A stretch of DNA of 64,000 nt from Leptonemataceae bacterium (GCA_965227295.1 OZ245742.1:2400001-2464000), one strand, 5' to 3'; numbered from the stretch's first letter, positions 50,732 to 61,500 are shown. Translations and numbers: made by a program. Notes: generated by a model not told the origin, from the letters alone.

Positions 50732-52576
50732 ATGGATCCCACGCTTACCACAGCTCAGGCGCATCAGTTGTTCGGGGAGCTGTACCGGAAGTCCCGTCCG
50801 GCCGAGCTCCAGGCCAAAGTCGATAAGATCGTCGAGTCCACGAACGACGTTTTCGTGCGGATCAAACGAATCGAGGACCTGGACGCGGGCTACGATGAGG
50901 AACGACGGCGTGCGCGGCAGCAAGAAGAGGCAGCCCGGGGCGGCGGCCAATCTCAACGCCGCGGCTCTGCCGGTGGCGGCGCTGGGCGTTCCAGTGCGAA
51001 GAAACGTCCGGCCACGAAGCAGCCGCAGAAATCGCAGCGTCGGCGGGGCGGTGGGGGCCTCTTCGCCTGGCTTTTCGGCGGTGGCGGCGGGAACGAGATC
51101 AGCCGCTGGGGCGAAGAGACGAAGACCCTGGAGTCCGGCTTCTTCAACGTAAATCCGAAACTCTCCCCGGCGGTGCCGGCGATTTTCGAAGGCGTGGTGC
51201 AGGAGCACATCTCCAATTGCGCGAAGGGCTTTCGCTTCGCGGCCGGCGGCGCCTGGGAAAACATGCCGCCGGAGAAGTACAACGCCATCATCGCCGCGTA
51301 CCAGTTCTTCAGTGAGTTCGTGAAGTGCGGACCGACCTTCCGCAAGTCCGAGAATCCGGAGGTCTGGATCACCGAAACGATCAAGATGCAGAAGTTCTAC
51401 GCGCTGCTCTTGCAGTTTCCGGACTACGCCCAGGTCATTACGAAAGAACTTCCGGAGTACTTAAAGAAGGTCCCGGACGCGCAGCCCTTCGCGGCGGCCG
51501 TGAAGATCGCCATGGACTACGTGGCCGGTCTCGAAAAACGCACGCCCACGTTGAAGAACGCTATCATTGCGCTGTATGTTCTCGCGCGCAAACGTTTAGT
51601 CTCCTGGGAAGACGTCACGGCGGAACTGAAGATCGGCAAGCCGGCGCTGGACAACTATCGCGGGCCGGAGCAGGTGATGACGCGCATCCAGCAGCGCATC
51701 ACCGATCTCAAGAACAAGTTCGAGAACGCCCAAAGCGAACTCAAAGAAATCGAAAAGATCAAGAACGAGTACTTCGACACCGACGACAACGGTCGCCTGC
51801 GAACGGACTTCCTGAATCCCATCGTCTCTCAGGTGGTGCACCGCAGCTACGGCGAAAACGCGATTACCGACAACCTGCTGGCCAGTTTCAAGCGCGAGCC
51901 GCATCGTTTGCTGTTCGCCACGCTGAAAGACTTCGACATTTCCTACACGAATTTCCTCGGCGGCTCCGTGAACGTACGCACGGACGGTCACCATCACGAG
52001 GACGTATTGATCTTCAAGCAGGGCCTGTTCCGGGCGCACCTGGATAAATTCAACGGCGTGTACCGTGACGCCGAGGCGTTCATGAAGAAGTACCGCGACA
52101 TCAGCTATTCCTTCGCGGACTTCATGAATGAACTCAAGAAGATGCCGGACGATCCCATTGTGCGGAGTTTTCATAACCTCGTCAAACATACGAACGATCT
52201 CTGGTCCAAGATCAACTTTGATTTGCAGACGGTCATCAACAACCATAAGAACGCGATGGAGCGCGAGCGCCTGGGCAAGATCAACGATCACATTAAACAA
52301 ACCCGGGCGACCCCCGTGGAAAGCTTCGAGATCGAGGCGCGCTTCATTCCCTTCGCCGACAACCGGGTCATTACTACGGATCGCCTGAACGACAAAACCG
52401 TTTCCCAGGTTCTGGAGGACATGGTGCGCAACATGTACAACTATCTTTACATTTTCCGGGACGCCGAGATGAACCGCGCCCTGAATTCCGGGCCGACGTT
52501 GATCAAACGCGCCGCCGAGCTGAAGGAAAAGCTCGGCCGCCTGGGAGTAAACACGGACGACCTCCCGGTCGGCTGA
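50732..52576 (+). CDS. Large hypothetical helical/coiled-coil protein
   Basis: 614-aa ORF with genome-typical codon usage, a Gly/Arg-rich linker and a coiled-coil region; no recognised family. Confidence 0.75.
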   Translation: MDPTLTTAQAHQLFGELYRKSRPAELQAKVDKIVESTNDVFVRIKRIEDLDAGYDEERRRARQQEEAARGGGQSQRRGSAGGGAGRSSAKKRPATKQPQKSQRRRGGGGLFAWLFGGGGGNEISRWGEETKTLESGFFNVNPKLSPAVPAIFEGVVQEHISNCAKGFRFAAGGAWENMPPEKYNAIIAAYQFFSEFVKCGPTFRKSENPEVWITETIKMQKFYALLLQFPDYAQVITKELPEYLKKVPDAQPFAAAVKIAMDYVAGLEKRTPTLKNAIIALYVLARKRLVSWEDVTAELKIGKPALDNYRGPEQVMTRIQQRITDLKNKFENAQSELKEIEKIKNEYFDTDDNGRLRTDFLNPIVSQVVHRSYGENAITDNLLASFKREPHRLLFATLKDFDISYTNFLGGSVNVRTDGHHHEDVLIFKQGLFRAHLDKFNGVYRDAEAFMKKYRDISYSFADFMNELKKMPDDPIVRSFHNLVKHTNDLWSKINFDLQTVINNHKNAMERERLGKINDHIKQTRATPVESFEIEARFIPFADNRVITTDRLNDKTVSQVLEDMVRNMYNYLYIFRDAEMNRALNSGPTLIKRAAELKEKLGRLGVNTDDLPVG

Positions 52577-52648
52577 AGGCCGCATTCGTAATCATTACTG
52601 ACCTAAGCTTTACACAATACAATCTTTGCATTTCAGGAGTCTTTCATT

Positions 52649-53860
52649 ATGTCCATCGGTAAAATCGGCATTCTCACGTCCGGCGGCGACTGCGGCGGAT
52701 TGAACGGCGTCGTCAAAGGCGCCGCCGCGACGGCGCTGCATCACGGCATCGAACCGTATCTCATCCCCAACGGCTACGCGGGCCTCTACAATCTTACCGA
52801 CTTCGACAAACTCACGTTGCTCGACCGCGCACGCCTGGAACGCTTTCACATTTACGAGGCGGGCAGCGAGGCCGGGAACTCCCGCGTGAAGGTCGCCAAA
52901 ATCAAAGACGAAACCAAGTACGAACGCATCACCGTCGGCCTGAAGAAACACGGCCTGGACGCCGTTGTCATCGCCGGCGGGGACGATACCGGCAGCGTCG
53001 TCGTGGACCTGGCCGGCCGCGGCATTCCGTGTCTGCACGCGCCGAAGACCATGGACCTCGACCTCATGACTTACAGCGTCGGCGGCGATTCCACGATCAA
53101 TCGCATTGCGAACTTCGTACGCGATCTCTATACGACGGGCATTACCCATAACCGCATCATCGTGATGGAAGTCTTCGGTCGTTACGCCGGTCACACGGCC
53201 TTTCGCGGCGGCATCACGGCCGAGGCGGATGCCGTTCTCATTCCGGAAATCAAAGTGGACTTCGACGTGCTGTACCAACACGTGAAAGACGCTTTCGTGC
53301 GTCGGGTGGAGTCTTCGGATCATAACGCCGGTTGTGCCATGGTTGTGGTCGCCGAGGGTTTGCGGGACGCGTCCGGCAAAGAGCTCGTGGATGAAAGCGC
53401 GCCGGCCGACGCCTTCGGTCACAAGCCGTTGATGGGCGCGGGCAAGTATGTCGTTAAGGAACTCGAAAAACGCATTAAGGCCGATGCGAGCATCAAAGAG
53501 TTTATGCAACGCACGGGACAGTTCGTCGAAGGCGTCTACGAGATCCCCGAGATTCGAGAGATTCGTCCTTCGCACCTGGTGCGTTGCGGTTCTACGTCGG
53601 CAGTGGATGCGAACTTCGGCGTACAGGTCGGCGCCGGTGCCGTGGAACTGGCGCGCAACAAGGTCTTCGGCGTTACGGTCGTCGGATATCGCGAAGGTGT
53701 GGTGCAGTACATGGACTGCGCCGAGGCCATTGAGCAGCGTTTCGTTGACGAAGCGGAGATCGCAATGTACGAGGCCATGGGCACCTGCTTCGGCCGTAAG
53801 ATCCAGGCACCGAATGCTAAGCTGGAAAAATTTTCGGGGCGACCGATTCGGCCGCATTGA
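52649..53860 (+). CDS. pfk: 6-phosphofructokinase, PPi-dependent type
   Basis: TSGGDCGGLN, GGDD, PKTMD.D, MEVFGR.AG, VVAEG. Confidence 0.9.
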   Translation: MSIGKIGILTSGGDCGGLNGVVKGAAATALHHGIEPYLIPNGYAGLYNLTDFDKLTLLDRARLERFHIYEAGSEAGNSRVKVAKIKDETKYERITVGLKKHGLDAVVIAGGDDTGSVVVDLAGRGIPCLHAPKTMDLDLMTYSVGGDSTINRIANFVRDLYTTGITHNRIIVMEVFGRYAGHTAFRGGITAEADAVLIPEIKVDFDVLYQHVKDAFVRRVESSDHNAGCAMVVVAEGLRDASGKELVDESAPADAFGHKPLMGAGKYVVKELEKRIKADASIKEFMQRTGQFVEGVYEIPEIREIRPSHLVRCGSTSAVDANFGVQVGAGAVELARNKVFGVTVVGYREGVVQYMDCAEAIEQRFVDEAEIAMYEAMGTCFGRKIQAPNAKLEKFSGRPIRPH

Positions 53861-53865
53861 GGGAG

Positions 53866-53889
53866 CCCTGTAAAGAAGAATTTACAGGG
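53866..53889. terminator. Hairpin after pfk
   Basis: CCCTGTAAA-GAAGAA-TTTACAGGG perfect 9-bp stem just after the stop. Confidence 0.45.
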
Positions 53890-54022
53890 AGGATGGGAGG
53901 TCGTGAGGGAAGAGAGGTTATTCGGGGGCCGCTATTGTGATCGGTGAAAGGACGGACGTTGGTCGGCAAGCGCGCATTCGGCCACCAACCTGATTCATAA
54001 AATCTCTCGTCCTCTCTACCTC

Positions 54023-54658
54023 TCATCCTCCCTGTTGGTTGAGCTTTAAAAGAGCCGTCAACTCGCCGAGCATCATGGCGCTGGCTCCCCAAATTTTATC
54101 TTGCTGAAACTTAAAGAACGGTACCTTTGTGCGGCCGCGGGGCATCTCCCGATGTTCGTAGGCGCGGTTCGTTGCATCCAGAAAGATGTCCACCGGGATC
54201 TCCAGAATCTCATCCACCTCGCGCGGATCCGGCACGAAATCCGGGCGGCGATCACTCCAACCGACATACGAAGAAACCAGGTAACCGCTCGGCGGGACAT
54301 AGAGTTGCGTAAGTTCGCCCAGGACTTCTACATCCGCCGGCCGGATCCCCAGCTCCTCCTCGCTCTCGCGCAGTGCCGTTTCGCGAAGATCGCTGTCGTG
54401 TTCCTCGTAGGCGCCGCCGGGGAAACTGATCTGTCGCGAATGCGGCCCGGTGTTGTCCGGTCTGCGCATCATGGGGATGTGCACGGTCTCGTCGTCCGGA
54501 TGCGGATAGAACAGGATCAGCACGGCGGCGAGCTTCGCGTCTTCCGGCGATGACAGGCCGATTTCCGGACCCGGTCGATGGTCCGGCGCCATGGTGTATT
54601 GGGCCGCAGCGCCCGGAAGCGGGCTGGACAGCGCGCGCCGTAGTTGCTCACGGATCAT
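54023..54658 (-). CDS. Nudix hydrolase, CoA pyrophosphatase type
   Basis: AAVLI, HSRQISFPGG, TALRESEEELG, IWGASA. Confidence 0.9.
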   Translation of the reverse strand: MIREQLRRALSSPLPGAAAQYTMAPDHRPGPEIGLSSPEDAKLAAVLILFYPHPDDETVHIPMMRRPDNTGPHSRQISFPGGAYEEHDSDLRETALRESEEELGIRPADVEVLGELTQLYVPPSGYLVSSYVGWSDRRPDFVPDPREVDEILEIPVDIFLDATNRAYEHREMPRGRTKVPFFKFQQDKIWGASAMMLGELTALLKLNQQGG

Positions 54659-54715
54659 GGTGTCATAAAATTGTTGTAAGATGGTCCGGGCGACTCATTT
54701 GTATGTGTGCGCTCA

Positions 54716-55765
54716 ATGTGGATCGGCAACCTGATCGCGGTAATCGTTTTGTCCCTCCCGCCGCCGATGACAGCCGCCGATCCGGTTGGCGGAAGTGAAT
54801 TTCGAACGATGCCCGGCAGCGAGGACACCCAGGGCTATCACCTTGATTTTACGAGTGACGACCGTCGGACCCGCCTTTATGTATCTTTGATTGTTTCGAA
54901 TTTCGGCCCGGGCGAACAGAGCAACGGCGCCTCGGTGATCCTTGCGCGCGCAGGCGAAGAACCACGGATATGGACCGCCGGTTACTCGCATCGCAGCCTT
55001 ATCGCGCAGCCCGGGCGCTTCGGCTTAAAGATCGGCCGGTGTAAGTTAAGCCTGGACGCCCTGGGTCGCGTGCACGTGAAGCTCTGGCTGCCCGATCCGG
55101 ACATCACGATCCGTCTGCGCCTTGAGCCGCAGGTCAATCCCGTCCGCCTGACCGACGGGCCCGTGCGAGTCTCCCGGACGGATAACGCCTACTTTGAGGC
55201 CACGCTGCCGGTTCCCTTCGGCCGCGCCGCCGGAACGATCCACATCGCCGGAGAAACAGAGCACAGCATTGCCGGCACGGCCGGCCTTGCCTATCTCTTC
55301 GCCGATCATCCCATGTATCCGTACGCCCGACGCTTGCATGTGTTGCGGGCGAGGGAGCCCGACGGCGGGCGCGGTGTCTACCTGGCGGTTTTCGAGGGAA
55401 GCGACGAAGCCCGCCTGGCGCTGTTCGGTGCCGCGGTGTGGACCGAGAAGGGGGGGGTGGTCCGGCGCGGCCGTGTGCGCGGCATGCGTGCGACGTACGA
55501 GCGCGACGAGCGAGGGCTGCCGTTGCGGGTGGAGTACGATCTGGCCGTCGACGGCACATCCTGCGTGCTGGCGCTGGAACGCTCGTCTGCGGTGGCGCGT
55601 TTCTTAATTCTCGAGCACGTTCCGTGGTTGGTGGGATTGCTTCTGCGCTGGACCGGTGCGGAGCCGTCGGTGCTGCACGCGGCCGGCAGGCTGGGTGGAT
55701 GTTCGGAGGCGGCGTCCGGGTTCATGGATGCCAGTTGGACGTATTACGTGATTCGGGACGGCTGA
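54716..55765 (+). CDS. Hypothetical secreted beta-rich protein
   Basis: Signal-like N-terminus and beta-strand-like pattern; family not recognised. Confidence 0.55.
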   Translation: MWIGNLIAVIVLSLPPPMTAADPVGGSEFRTMPGSEDTQGYHLDFTSDDRRTRLYVSLIVSNFGPGEQSNGASVILARAGEEPRIWTAGYSHRSLIAQPGRFGLKIGRCKLSLDALGRVHVKLWLPDPDITIRLRLEPQVNPVRLTDGPVRVSRTDNAYFEATLPVPFGRAAGTIHIAGETEHSIAGTAGLAYLFADHPMYPYARRLHVLRAREPDGGRGVYLAVFEGSDEARLALFGAAVWTEKGGVVRRGRVRGMRATYERDERGLPLRVEYDLAVDGTSCVLALERSSAVARFLILEHVPWLVGLLLRWTGAEPSVLHAAGRLGGCSEAASGFMDASWTYYVIRDG

Positions 55766-55861
55766 GGCCGGGGAGAGGGATGAAAAAGCAACAGATCGAT
55801 CCTGGAAGAAGGCCGGTCGTCAAGTTAGAGACAACCGGCCTATCAACGGTCTCGAATCCGC

Positions 55862-56206
55862 TTATTGCGCAGGAACTCCGCGAACGATGGTGCACATTCT
55901 GCTGTAAAGCCCAAGAATGTTGAACATAGACCGGTCAACCGTCCGAATCTCGGCGATGCGATACTCGCGAGCGATCTCCGGAACTGTGTCACCGCCGAAA
56001 ACGGCAAATACATAGATCCTCTGGATGCAGGATTCTCCCGTAACGAGTCTTTCCTCTGAGTTCAACGTGCCGCCGTAAGTGCCAATCTTTGTTTGTGTAA
56101 AGATTCCGCCACCGGGGCCGGTACCGTGAATGGCACCGATATTGATGCAGGCTCCCGAGCCTACGACGAGAGAAAGAACAACTGCTAATTGTAAAATACG
56201 TTTCAT
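55862..56206 (-). CDS. TRL-like family lipoprotein (copy 3)
   Basis: SGAC lipobox; GESC, I.TVD, ILGLYS..CT.V.G. Confidence 0.75.
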   Translation of the reverse strand: MKRILQLAVVLSLVVGSGACINIGAIHGTGPGGGIFTQTKIGTYGGTLNSEERLVTGESCIQRIYVFAVFGGDTVPEIAREYRIAEIRTVDRSMFNILGLYSRMCTIVRGVPAQ

Positions 56207-56225
56207 TGATCAACCTCCCTTCGGC

Positions 56226-56561
56226 TCAATTGCCGGTAATTACAGTACACCAGTCTTGCATAAAGGTCGAAAACGACAGCTTATGGCTGACCGATGTGAT
56301 GTTCTGAATGCCACTTTTTCTTGCGGCGGCTTCAATGGATGCGTCCCCGAAGCCGAACGTCAGGCCCAGTAGCGGAATGCCGTATGCGGTGGCACACGCT
56401 TCACCCTCTCTGTCCGTGGGCGCTACAGCACCATTTGCTGAGACTCCGGCCGCAGAATAGTTCACGAAATATGTCGCGCCTGGATGACCTTGTTGTACTA
56501 CGTAGCACTGCGGCAGAAGTAACAAGGCGCCCAAGGAGCACGCTGTTATGAGTTTTTTCAT
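56226..56561 (-). CDS. TRL-like family lipoprotein (copy 2)
   Basis: GEACA, GDASIEAAA...GI, CTVITG. Confidence 0.8.
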   Translation of the reverse strand: MKKLITACSLGALLLLPQCYVVQQGHPGATYFVNYSAAGVSANGAVAPTDREGEACATAYGIPLLGLTFGFGDASIEAAARKSGIQNITSVSHKLSFSTFMQDWCTVITGN

Positions 56562-56583
56562 AGCGATAACCTCCTTACTTTAG

Positions 56584-56898
56584 TTACTGGCCCGCCACTA
56601 CGGTGCACAGTTCGCTGTACAAACCCAGAACGCTGAAGCCTTCAAGGTTAATCGTATAAACCTCCGTGATGCCCGCGTTGCCGGCCGCACTGTCTACGCT
56701 GCCGTCGCCCGTGGCAACCCAGCCGAGAATACTGGTAACGCAGGATTGGCCCACCTTTTGTCCGCCGGTCTGTTTTCCGTACATGCCAATCTTGGTGCTG
56801 GTAAAAATCGAGCCACCGGGGCCATATCCGGTGCTGGCGCAACTGATACCGAGAGCGAGAGCCGCAGCCGCAACAGTAATCATTAATTTGTTAAACAT
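56584..56898 (-). CDS. TRL-like family lipoprotein (copy 1)
   Basis: GISC lipobox; GQSC.TSILGWVATGD.SV..AA...GI, LGLYSELCTVV.G. Confidence 0.8.
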   Translation of the reverse strand: MFNKLMITVAAAALALGISCASTGYGPGGSIFTSTKIGMYGKQTGGQKVGQSCVTSILGWVATGDGSVDSAAGNAGITEVYTINLEGFSVLGLYSELCTVVAGQ

Positions 56899-57059
56899 GT
56901 TCTTTGATCCTCCAAAATATAGCTTTGATCAAGAAGTTAAGATTGGTCACCTCAGGGATACCTCATGGTAACTGTCAACCAAACAAAGTCGAATAAAAGT
57001 TTGAAGTGCTAAAGCCGGGTGCCGGGTAGACAGAATTCTAAACAAAGTTGAGTAATTTC

Positions 57060-58109
57060 CTAAGCCACCGTAATCCCGCTCTCCAGATAAACATCCTGGA
57101 TTGCGTTCAGCAGCTTCACGCCTTCGTCCATGGGCCGTTGAAACGCCTTGCGTCCCGAAATCAAACCCATGCCGCCGGCCCGTTTGTTGATTACGGCCGT
57201 ACGTACCGCTTCGGCGAAGTCGTTATCGCCCGAAGCACCACCGGAATTGATGAGGCCCGCGCGTCCCATGTAGCAGTTCGCCACCTGGTAACGACAGAGA
57301 TCGATGGGATGATCCGACGCGAGATCGGAGTACATCTTCGGGTGCGACTTCGCGAATTTGATCGCCGTAAAGCCGCCGTTGTTTTCCGGAAGTTTTTGTT
57401 TGATGATGTCCGCTTCGATGGTGACGCCCAGGTGGTTCGCCTGGGCCGTAAGGTCCGCGGCGACGTGATAGTCTTTATCCTGCTTGAACGCGGAGTTGCG
57501 CGTGTAACACCAGAGGACCGTGGCCATGCCGAGTTGATGCGCGCGATAGAACGCCTCCGCAACTTCGACGATCTGGCGGTTGGACTCCTCCGAACCGAAG
57601 TAGATCGTCGCACCCACCGCGCTCGCGCCCATGTCCCAGGCCTGTTCCACCTGACCGAACATGATCTGATCGTACTTGTTCGGATAGGTCATGAGTTCGT
57701 TGTGGTTCAGCTTAACGAGAAAGGGAATGCGGTGCGCGTAGCGGCGACCCACGGCACCCAGCACGCCGAACGTCGAGGCCACGGCGTTGCATCCGCCCTC
57801 GATGGCCAGCTTCACGATGTTCTCGGGATCGAAGTACAGGGGATTCGGCGCGAACGAGGCGCCGGCCGTGTGCTCAATGCCCTGGTCCACGGGTAGAATC
57901 GAAACGTAACCGGTGCCGCCGAGACGACCGGTACTGAAGAGTTGCTCGATGGAGCGCAATACCTGCGGCGGCCGATCCGTGGGGCCGAAGATGCGATCCG
58001 TGAAGTCCGGCCCGGGTAGATGCAGGAGGTCCTTCGAAATTTTCGGGGTGTGGTTCAGCAGGCTGTCGGCGTCCGAACCCAGGTATTCTACGATTTTATC
58101 TTTACTCAT
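57060..58109 (-). CDS. fbaB: Class I fructose-bisphosphate aldolase (DhnA/FbaB type)
   Basis: [46 protein letters not shown]. Confidence 0.95.
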   Translation of the reverse strand: MSKDKIVEYLGSDADSLLNHTPKISKDLLHLPGPDFTDRIFGPTDRPPQVLRSIEQLFSTGRLGGTGYVSILPVDQGIEHTAGASFAPNPLYFDPENIVKLAIEGGCNAVASTFGVLGAVGRRYAHRIPFLVKLNHNELMTYPNKYDQIMFGQVEQAWDMGASAVGATIYFGSEESNRQIVEVAEAFYRAHQLGMATVLWCYTRNSAFKQDKDYHVAADLTAQANHLGVTIEADIIKQKLPENNGGFTAIKFAKSHPKMYSDLASDHPIDLCRYQVANCYMGRAGLINSGGASGDNDFAEAVRTAVINKRAGGMGLISGRKAFQRPMDEGVKLLNAIQDVYLESGITVA

Positions 58110-58139
58110 GTTGTTTCTCTAGAAGTTAGTGGTGTGCTC

Positions 58140-58808
58140 TTAGTTGGCGGCGTCTTCTTTCAGTCGTGTGATGAGGGCTTCCGCCGTCAGCCCCTCGTTG
58201 TATTCTTTGGCGTAGATTTCCAGTTCCACCACGGAGCCGGCGCTTTCGCTGAGATCGGCCTCCGCGGCCGAGAACAGCTCCCGGCGCAGCACTACGAAGG
58301 ACTCGTCGCTTTCGTAGAGCTTGAGCGCGCGGGTGAACGTGCCGGCGGGGGTGCTGCTTTCGGCGGGAACCGACTCCCACGCGGGTTCGCCGCCGGTGTA
58401 AGCCGATAGCACGTTGCCCGAAAAGGTCATGGCCTCGCCCTTGTTGCCCCGCCGCACGATGCGGACGATGCTCAGGGAATCCCCCTGGCCGTAGAGCAGC
58501 ACTTCCAGAGGGGCCGGAGAACCGGGGAGGTCCACCGCGTTGGCGCGGGACGCCTCGGATTCTTCCGAAACGGCCGACGGAACCAGGCGCAGGACTCCGG
58601 AGGAGTCGGAAGTGCCGGGGGCCGCGCGCTCTTCCCAGCCGGAACGCTGTAGCTTTGCAGACGTGGCCGAAGGCGAGGCCCCCCACTGAAAGTCGCCGAG
58701 GGCGGCCGGCGGTTGGTTGAGATCCACTGTGGGTTTCGCGCCCCCGCAGTAAGAGGCGCCCAGCGCCAGAGTTGTGAAGAGTGCAGGAACGACGATGTTG
58801 CGAATCAT
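58140..58808 (-). CDS. Hypothetical lipoprotein
   Basis: Signal peptide ending ASYC; FQWG motif. Confidence 0.6.
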   Translation of the reverse strand: MIRNIVVPALFTTLALGASYCGGAKPTVDLNQPPAALGDFQWGASPSATSAKLQRSGWEERAAPGTSDSSGVLRLVPSAVSEESEASRANAVDLPGSPAPLEVLLYGQGDSLSIVRIVRRGNKGEAMTFSGNVLSAYTGGEPAWESVPAESSTPAGTFTRALKLYESDESFVVLRRELFSAAEADLSESAGSVVELEIYAKEYNEGLTAEALITRLKEDAAN

Positions 58809-58986
58809 GCATTCCGATTTCGCCCCCCGTACTCACATCACAAGCATATTTTTACAGCCTGTTCACATGCGAAATCACCGGAAAACGATTGCCACCATAG
58901 GCCGCCTATGGGACATAATCTAAGATTATCCAATTCTTGACCTAAGCAATTATTTACTATTATTTGTTAAGTGGTCGGCGGGCATC

Positions 58987-60504
58987 ATGAAGTACGACAA
59001 GATTCGCGGAAAGAGCGTAGCCGAATGTATGATGAAGCTGCGCAGCGCCTACGGCTCCCAGGCGGTCATTCTCTCCACGCGCGAAGTGAAAGAAGGCGGC
59101 CTTTTAGGTTCGGGCCTGTTTTCCCGCAAGCTCTACGAAATCGATTTTATGCTTCCGGAGGACGGCACATCGTCCTCCTCGCGTTCCCTCATTTCCCCGC
59201 GGGGTCGGGACGCCCGCAACGCCTCGCTGCGGCGCACGCTCCTGGACGCGGTCGACGCCGCCGCCGATCGCAAGCGCGGTTCGGAACAGGAAGCATCCCC
59301 GGAACGTGGTTCCGCGAAAGACGGCGAGGGCCGCGAAAAATCCGGAGACCGCGCCGGCGATTCCCGGCCTGCGCTTGCGGATCAGCCGGCCGGGGAGATT
59401 CCCCCGCTGCCGTCCTCTTTCCCCGCGCCGCCGGCCGCAAAGCCGGAGCCGGAAGTCGCGGCCCTGCCCGCCGGCTTCGAGCCGCCGTCGGCCTCCGAGC
59501 GGGCCGCTCTGGACATGCTGCTCGCGGAAGACGATCCGGAAGATGCGCTGGTCCGCCGGGAAAAGCGGCGTTCTTCGTTTCCCGACACGCCGGCCGCGGA
59601 AGCAGTGCCGCCCTGGCGCGCCGCGCCGGAGGAGGCGCCGCCCCGATCTGCCGCAGCTTCCGAGGGCCGCGATGGCGAACAATTTGCCCGGACCCTCTAC
59701 CGCATCCGGGACCGATTGCTGTCGGCCCAGCTCAGTCGGGAGTTCGCGGACCGTTTCCTCATGCGCGTGGACGATAGTCTCTCGAAAGTAGAAAAAAGCC
59801 GCTATCGGAACGTGGAGAGCCGGTCGCTGGAAGCCCTCTCCGAAATGATCCGCACCGTGCCGGACATCGCTCCGCCGCGGGGCGAATGCCGGGCCGTTAT
59901 GCTGATCGGGCCGACCGGTTCGGGCAAAACCACCAGTCTGGCAAAGCTGGCGGCGAAGTATCATCTCATGGAGAGTCGCGAGGTCAGCATTTACAGCCTG
60001 GATCACTACCGCCTGGCGGCGACGGAGCAACTCAAAACCTACGCTGGCGTAATGGACGTTCCGTTTTTCGCGCCGTTTTCTCCGGCGGAGTTCGCCGAGT
60101 GCATGCGTCGGGACGGCGCGGAACTCATGCTCATCGATACTTCCGGAATCGGTCACCGGGACACGGAGCGGCTGGAGCAGCTCTACGAATACGTGGAGGC
60201 CTGCGAGGTCCGCCTGGAGAAGCACCTGGTGCTCGCGGCGAACACGAACGGAGCGTTGCTGGAAAAAATATTGCTTGCGTATGACCGGATTGGCTTTGAT
60301 AAAATCATACTGACCAAGCTCGATGAGTCAGATTTTGTTGGTGCGTTCATTGAGGTTGCCGATAAATACAACAGGCCGTTCAGCTTTTTGATGAACGGTC
60401 AGGATGTGCCCGGGAGCATCGTCGCGGCATCTTCAATGGAGCTGGCGCGTATGGTCCTGCGAGAAGAGCAGGGCGCGACTTCGGTTGGCACCAACATATC
60501 CTGA
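58987..60504 (+). CDS. flhF: Flagellar SRP-family GTPase FlhF
   Basis: N-terminal AVILSTREV; GPTGSGKTTSLAKLAA, D.YRLAA.EQLKTY, DTSG, TKLDE, GQDVP. Confidence 0.93.
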   Translation: MKYDKIRGKSVAECMMKLRSAYGSQAVILSTREVKEGGLLGSGLFSRKLYEIDFMLPEDGTSSSSRSLISPRGRDARNASLRRTLLDAVDAAADRKRGSEQEASPERGSAKDGEGREKSGDRAGDSRPALADQPAGEIPPLPSSFPAPPAAKPEPEVAALPAGFEPPSASERAALDMLLAEDDPEDALVRREKRRSSFPDTPAAEAVPPWRAAPEEAPPRSAAASEGRDGEQFARTLYRIRDRLLSAQLSREFADRFLMRVDDSLSKVEKSRYRNVESRSLEALSEMIRTVPDIAPPRGECRAVMLIGPTGSGKTTSLAKLAAKYHLMESREVSIYSLDHYRLAATEQLKTYAGVMDVPFFAPFSPAEFAECMRRDGAELMLIDTSGIGHRDTERLEQLYEYVEACEVRLEKHLVLAANTNGALLEKILLAYDRIGFDKIILTKLDESDFVGAFIEVADKYNRPFSFLMNGQDVPGSIVAASSMELARMVLREEQGATSVGTNIS

Positions 60505-60519
60505 GGAATCTGACATAAA

Positions 60520-61500
60520 ATGGAAATTATGGATCAGGCTGCCAGCCTCAGAAAACTGGCCGGGGACCGAGGCGGCACTGCAGGGACGACCACTCTGGAA
60601 CGAACCGAACAGGAAGCGACCACGACCGCGGAAGAGGGCATCACCGAAACCGCGGTGGGTGTCGAAGAGTCTCCCGTGCAAACCCGGGTCGTGGCCGTCA
60701 CGTCCGGCAAGGGCGGCGTCGGCAAATCCACTCTTTCGGTGAACCTTGCCATTGCCCTCGGCAAACTCGGTCGGCGGGTGCTGCTCTTCGACGGGGACCT
60801 CGGTCTCGCCAACGTCAATGTGATGATGGGCATCATCCCCGAGTTCAACATCTACGAAGTACTCAAAGGCAAGAAGCGCCTGCGGGACATCGTCATCCCC
60901 ACGTCCTACGGCATTGACATCATTGCCGGGGCGAACGGCATCTCCCAACTGGCGAACCTGGACGAGGCCCAGCGCGAACTCTTTCTCGAACAACTCGGTG
61001 AACTTACCGGCTACGACATTATGATGATCGACACCGGCGCCGGTGTGGGCGCGAACGTGCTCGGCCTGGTAACACCGGCCGACGAAATCGTCGTGGTTAC
61101 GACGCCGGAACCTACGGCCATCACGGACGCCTACGGCATGATCAAGAGCATCGTGGCGGCGACAGGGCAGGAAAAACCAATCAAGCTCGTGGTGAACCGG
61201 GCGCCGTCGGCCATTGAGGCCAAGCGCGTCGCCGATCGTCTCATGAGCATTTCAGGGCAGTTCTTGAAGACCGGGGTGCAGAGCCTCGGTTTCGTGTTTG
61301 AAGAGAATCTGGTGCAGAAGAGCATTCGTTCCCAGCGGCCGCACGTCGTGCTGTATCCTGGCTCGAAGAGTTCGGCCTGCATCAATCACATCGGCGCGCG
61401 CCTGGTGAACGCGTCGGTGAAAGAGGATTCCCAGGGGATCCTGGGCTTTTTTCAGCAGTTCCTCGGACTCGTTTCGTCTAAGAGCACGGGGGACCTGTAA
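60520..61500 (+). CDS. flhG: MinD-like ATPase FlhG/FleN
   Basis: DQAASLR, SGKGGVGKS, DGDLGLAN, DTGAG, TPEPTAITDAY. Confidence 0.94.
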   Translation: MEIMDQAASLRKLAGDRGGTAGTTTLERTEQEATTTAEEGITETAVGVEESPVQTRVVAVTSGKGGVGKSTLSVNLAIALGKLGRRVLLFDGDLGLANVNVMMGIIPEFNIYEVLKGKKRLRDIVIPTSYGIDIIAGANGISQLANLDEAQRELFLEQLGELTGYDIMMIDTGAGVGANVLGLVTPADEIVVVTTPEPTAITDAYGMIKSIVAATGQEKPIKLVVNRAPSAIEAKRVADRLMSISGQFLKTGVQSLGFVFEENLVQKSIRSQRPHVVLYPGSKSSACINHIGARLVNASVKEDSQGILGFFQQFLGLVSSKSTGDL

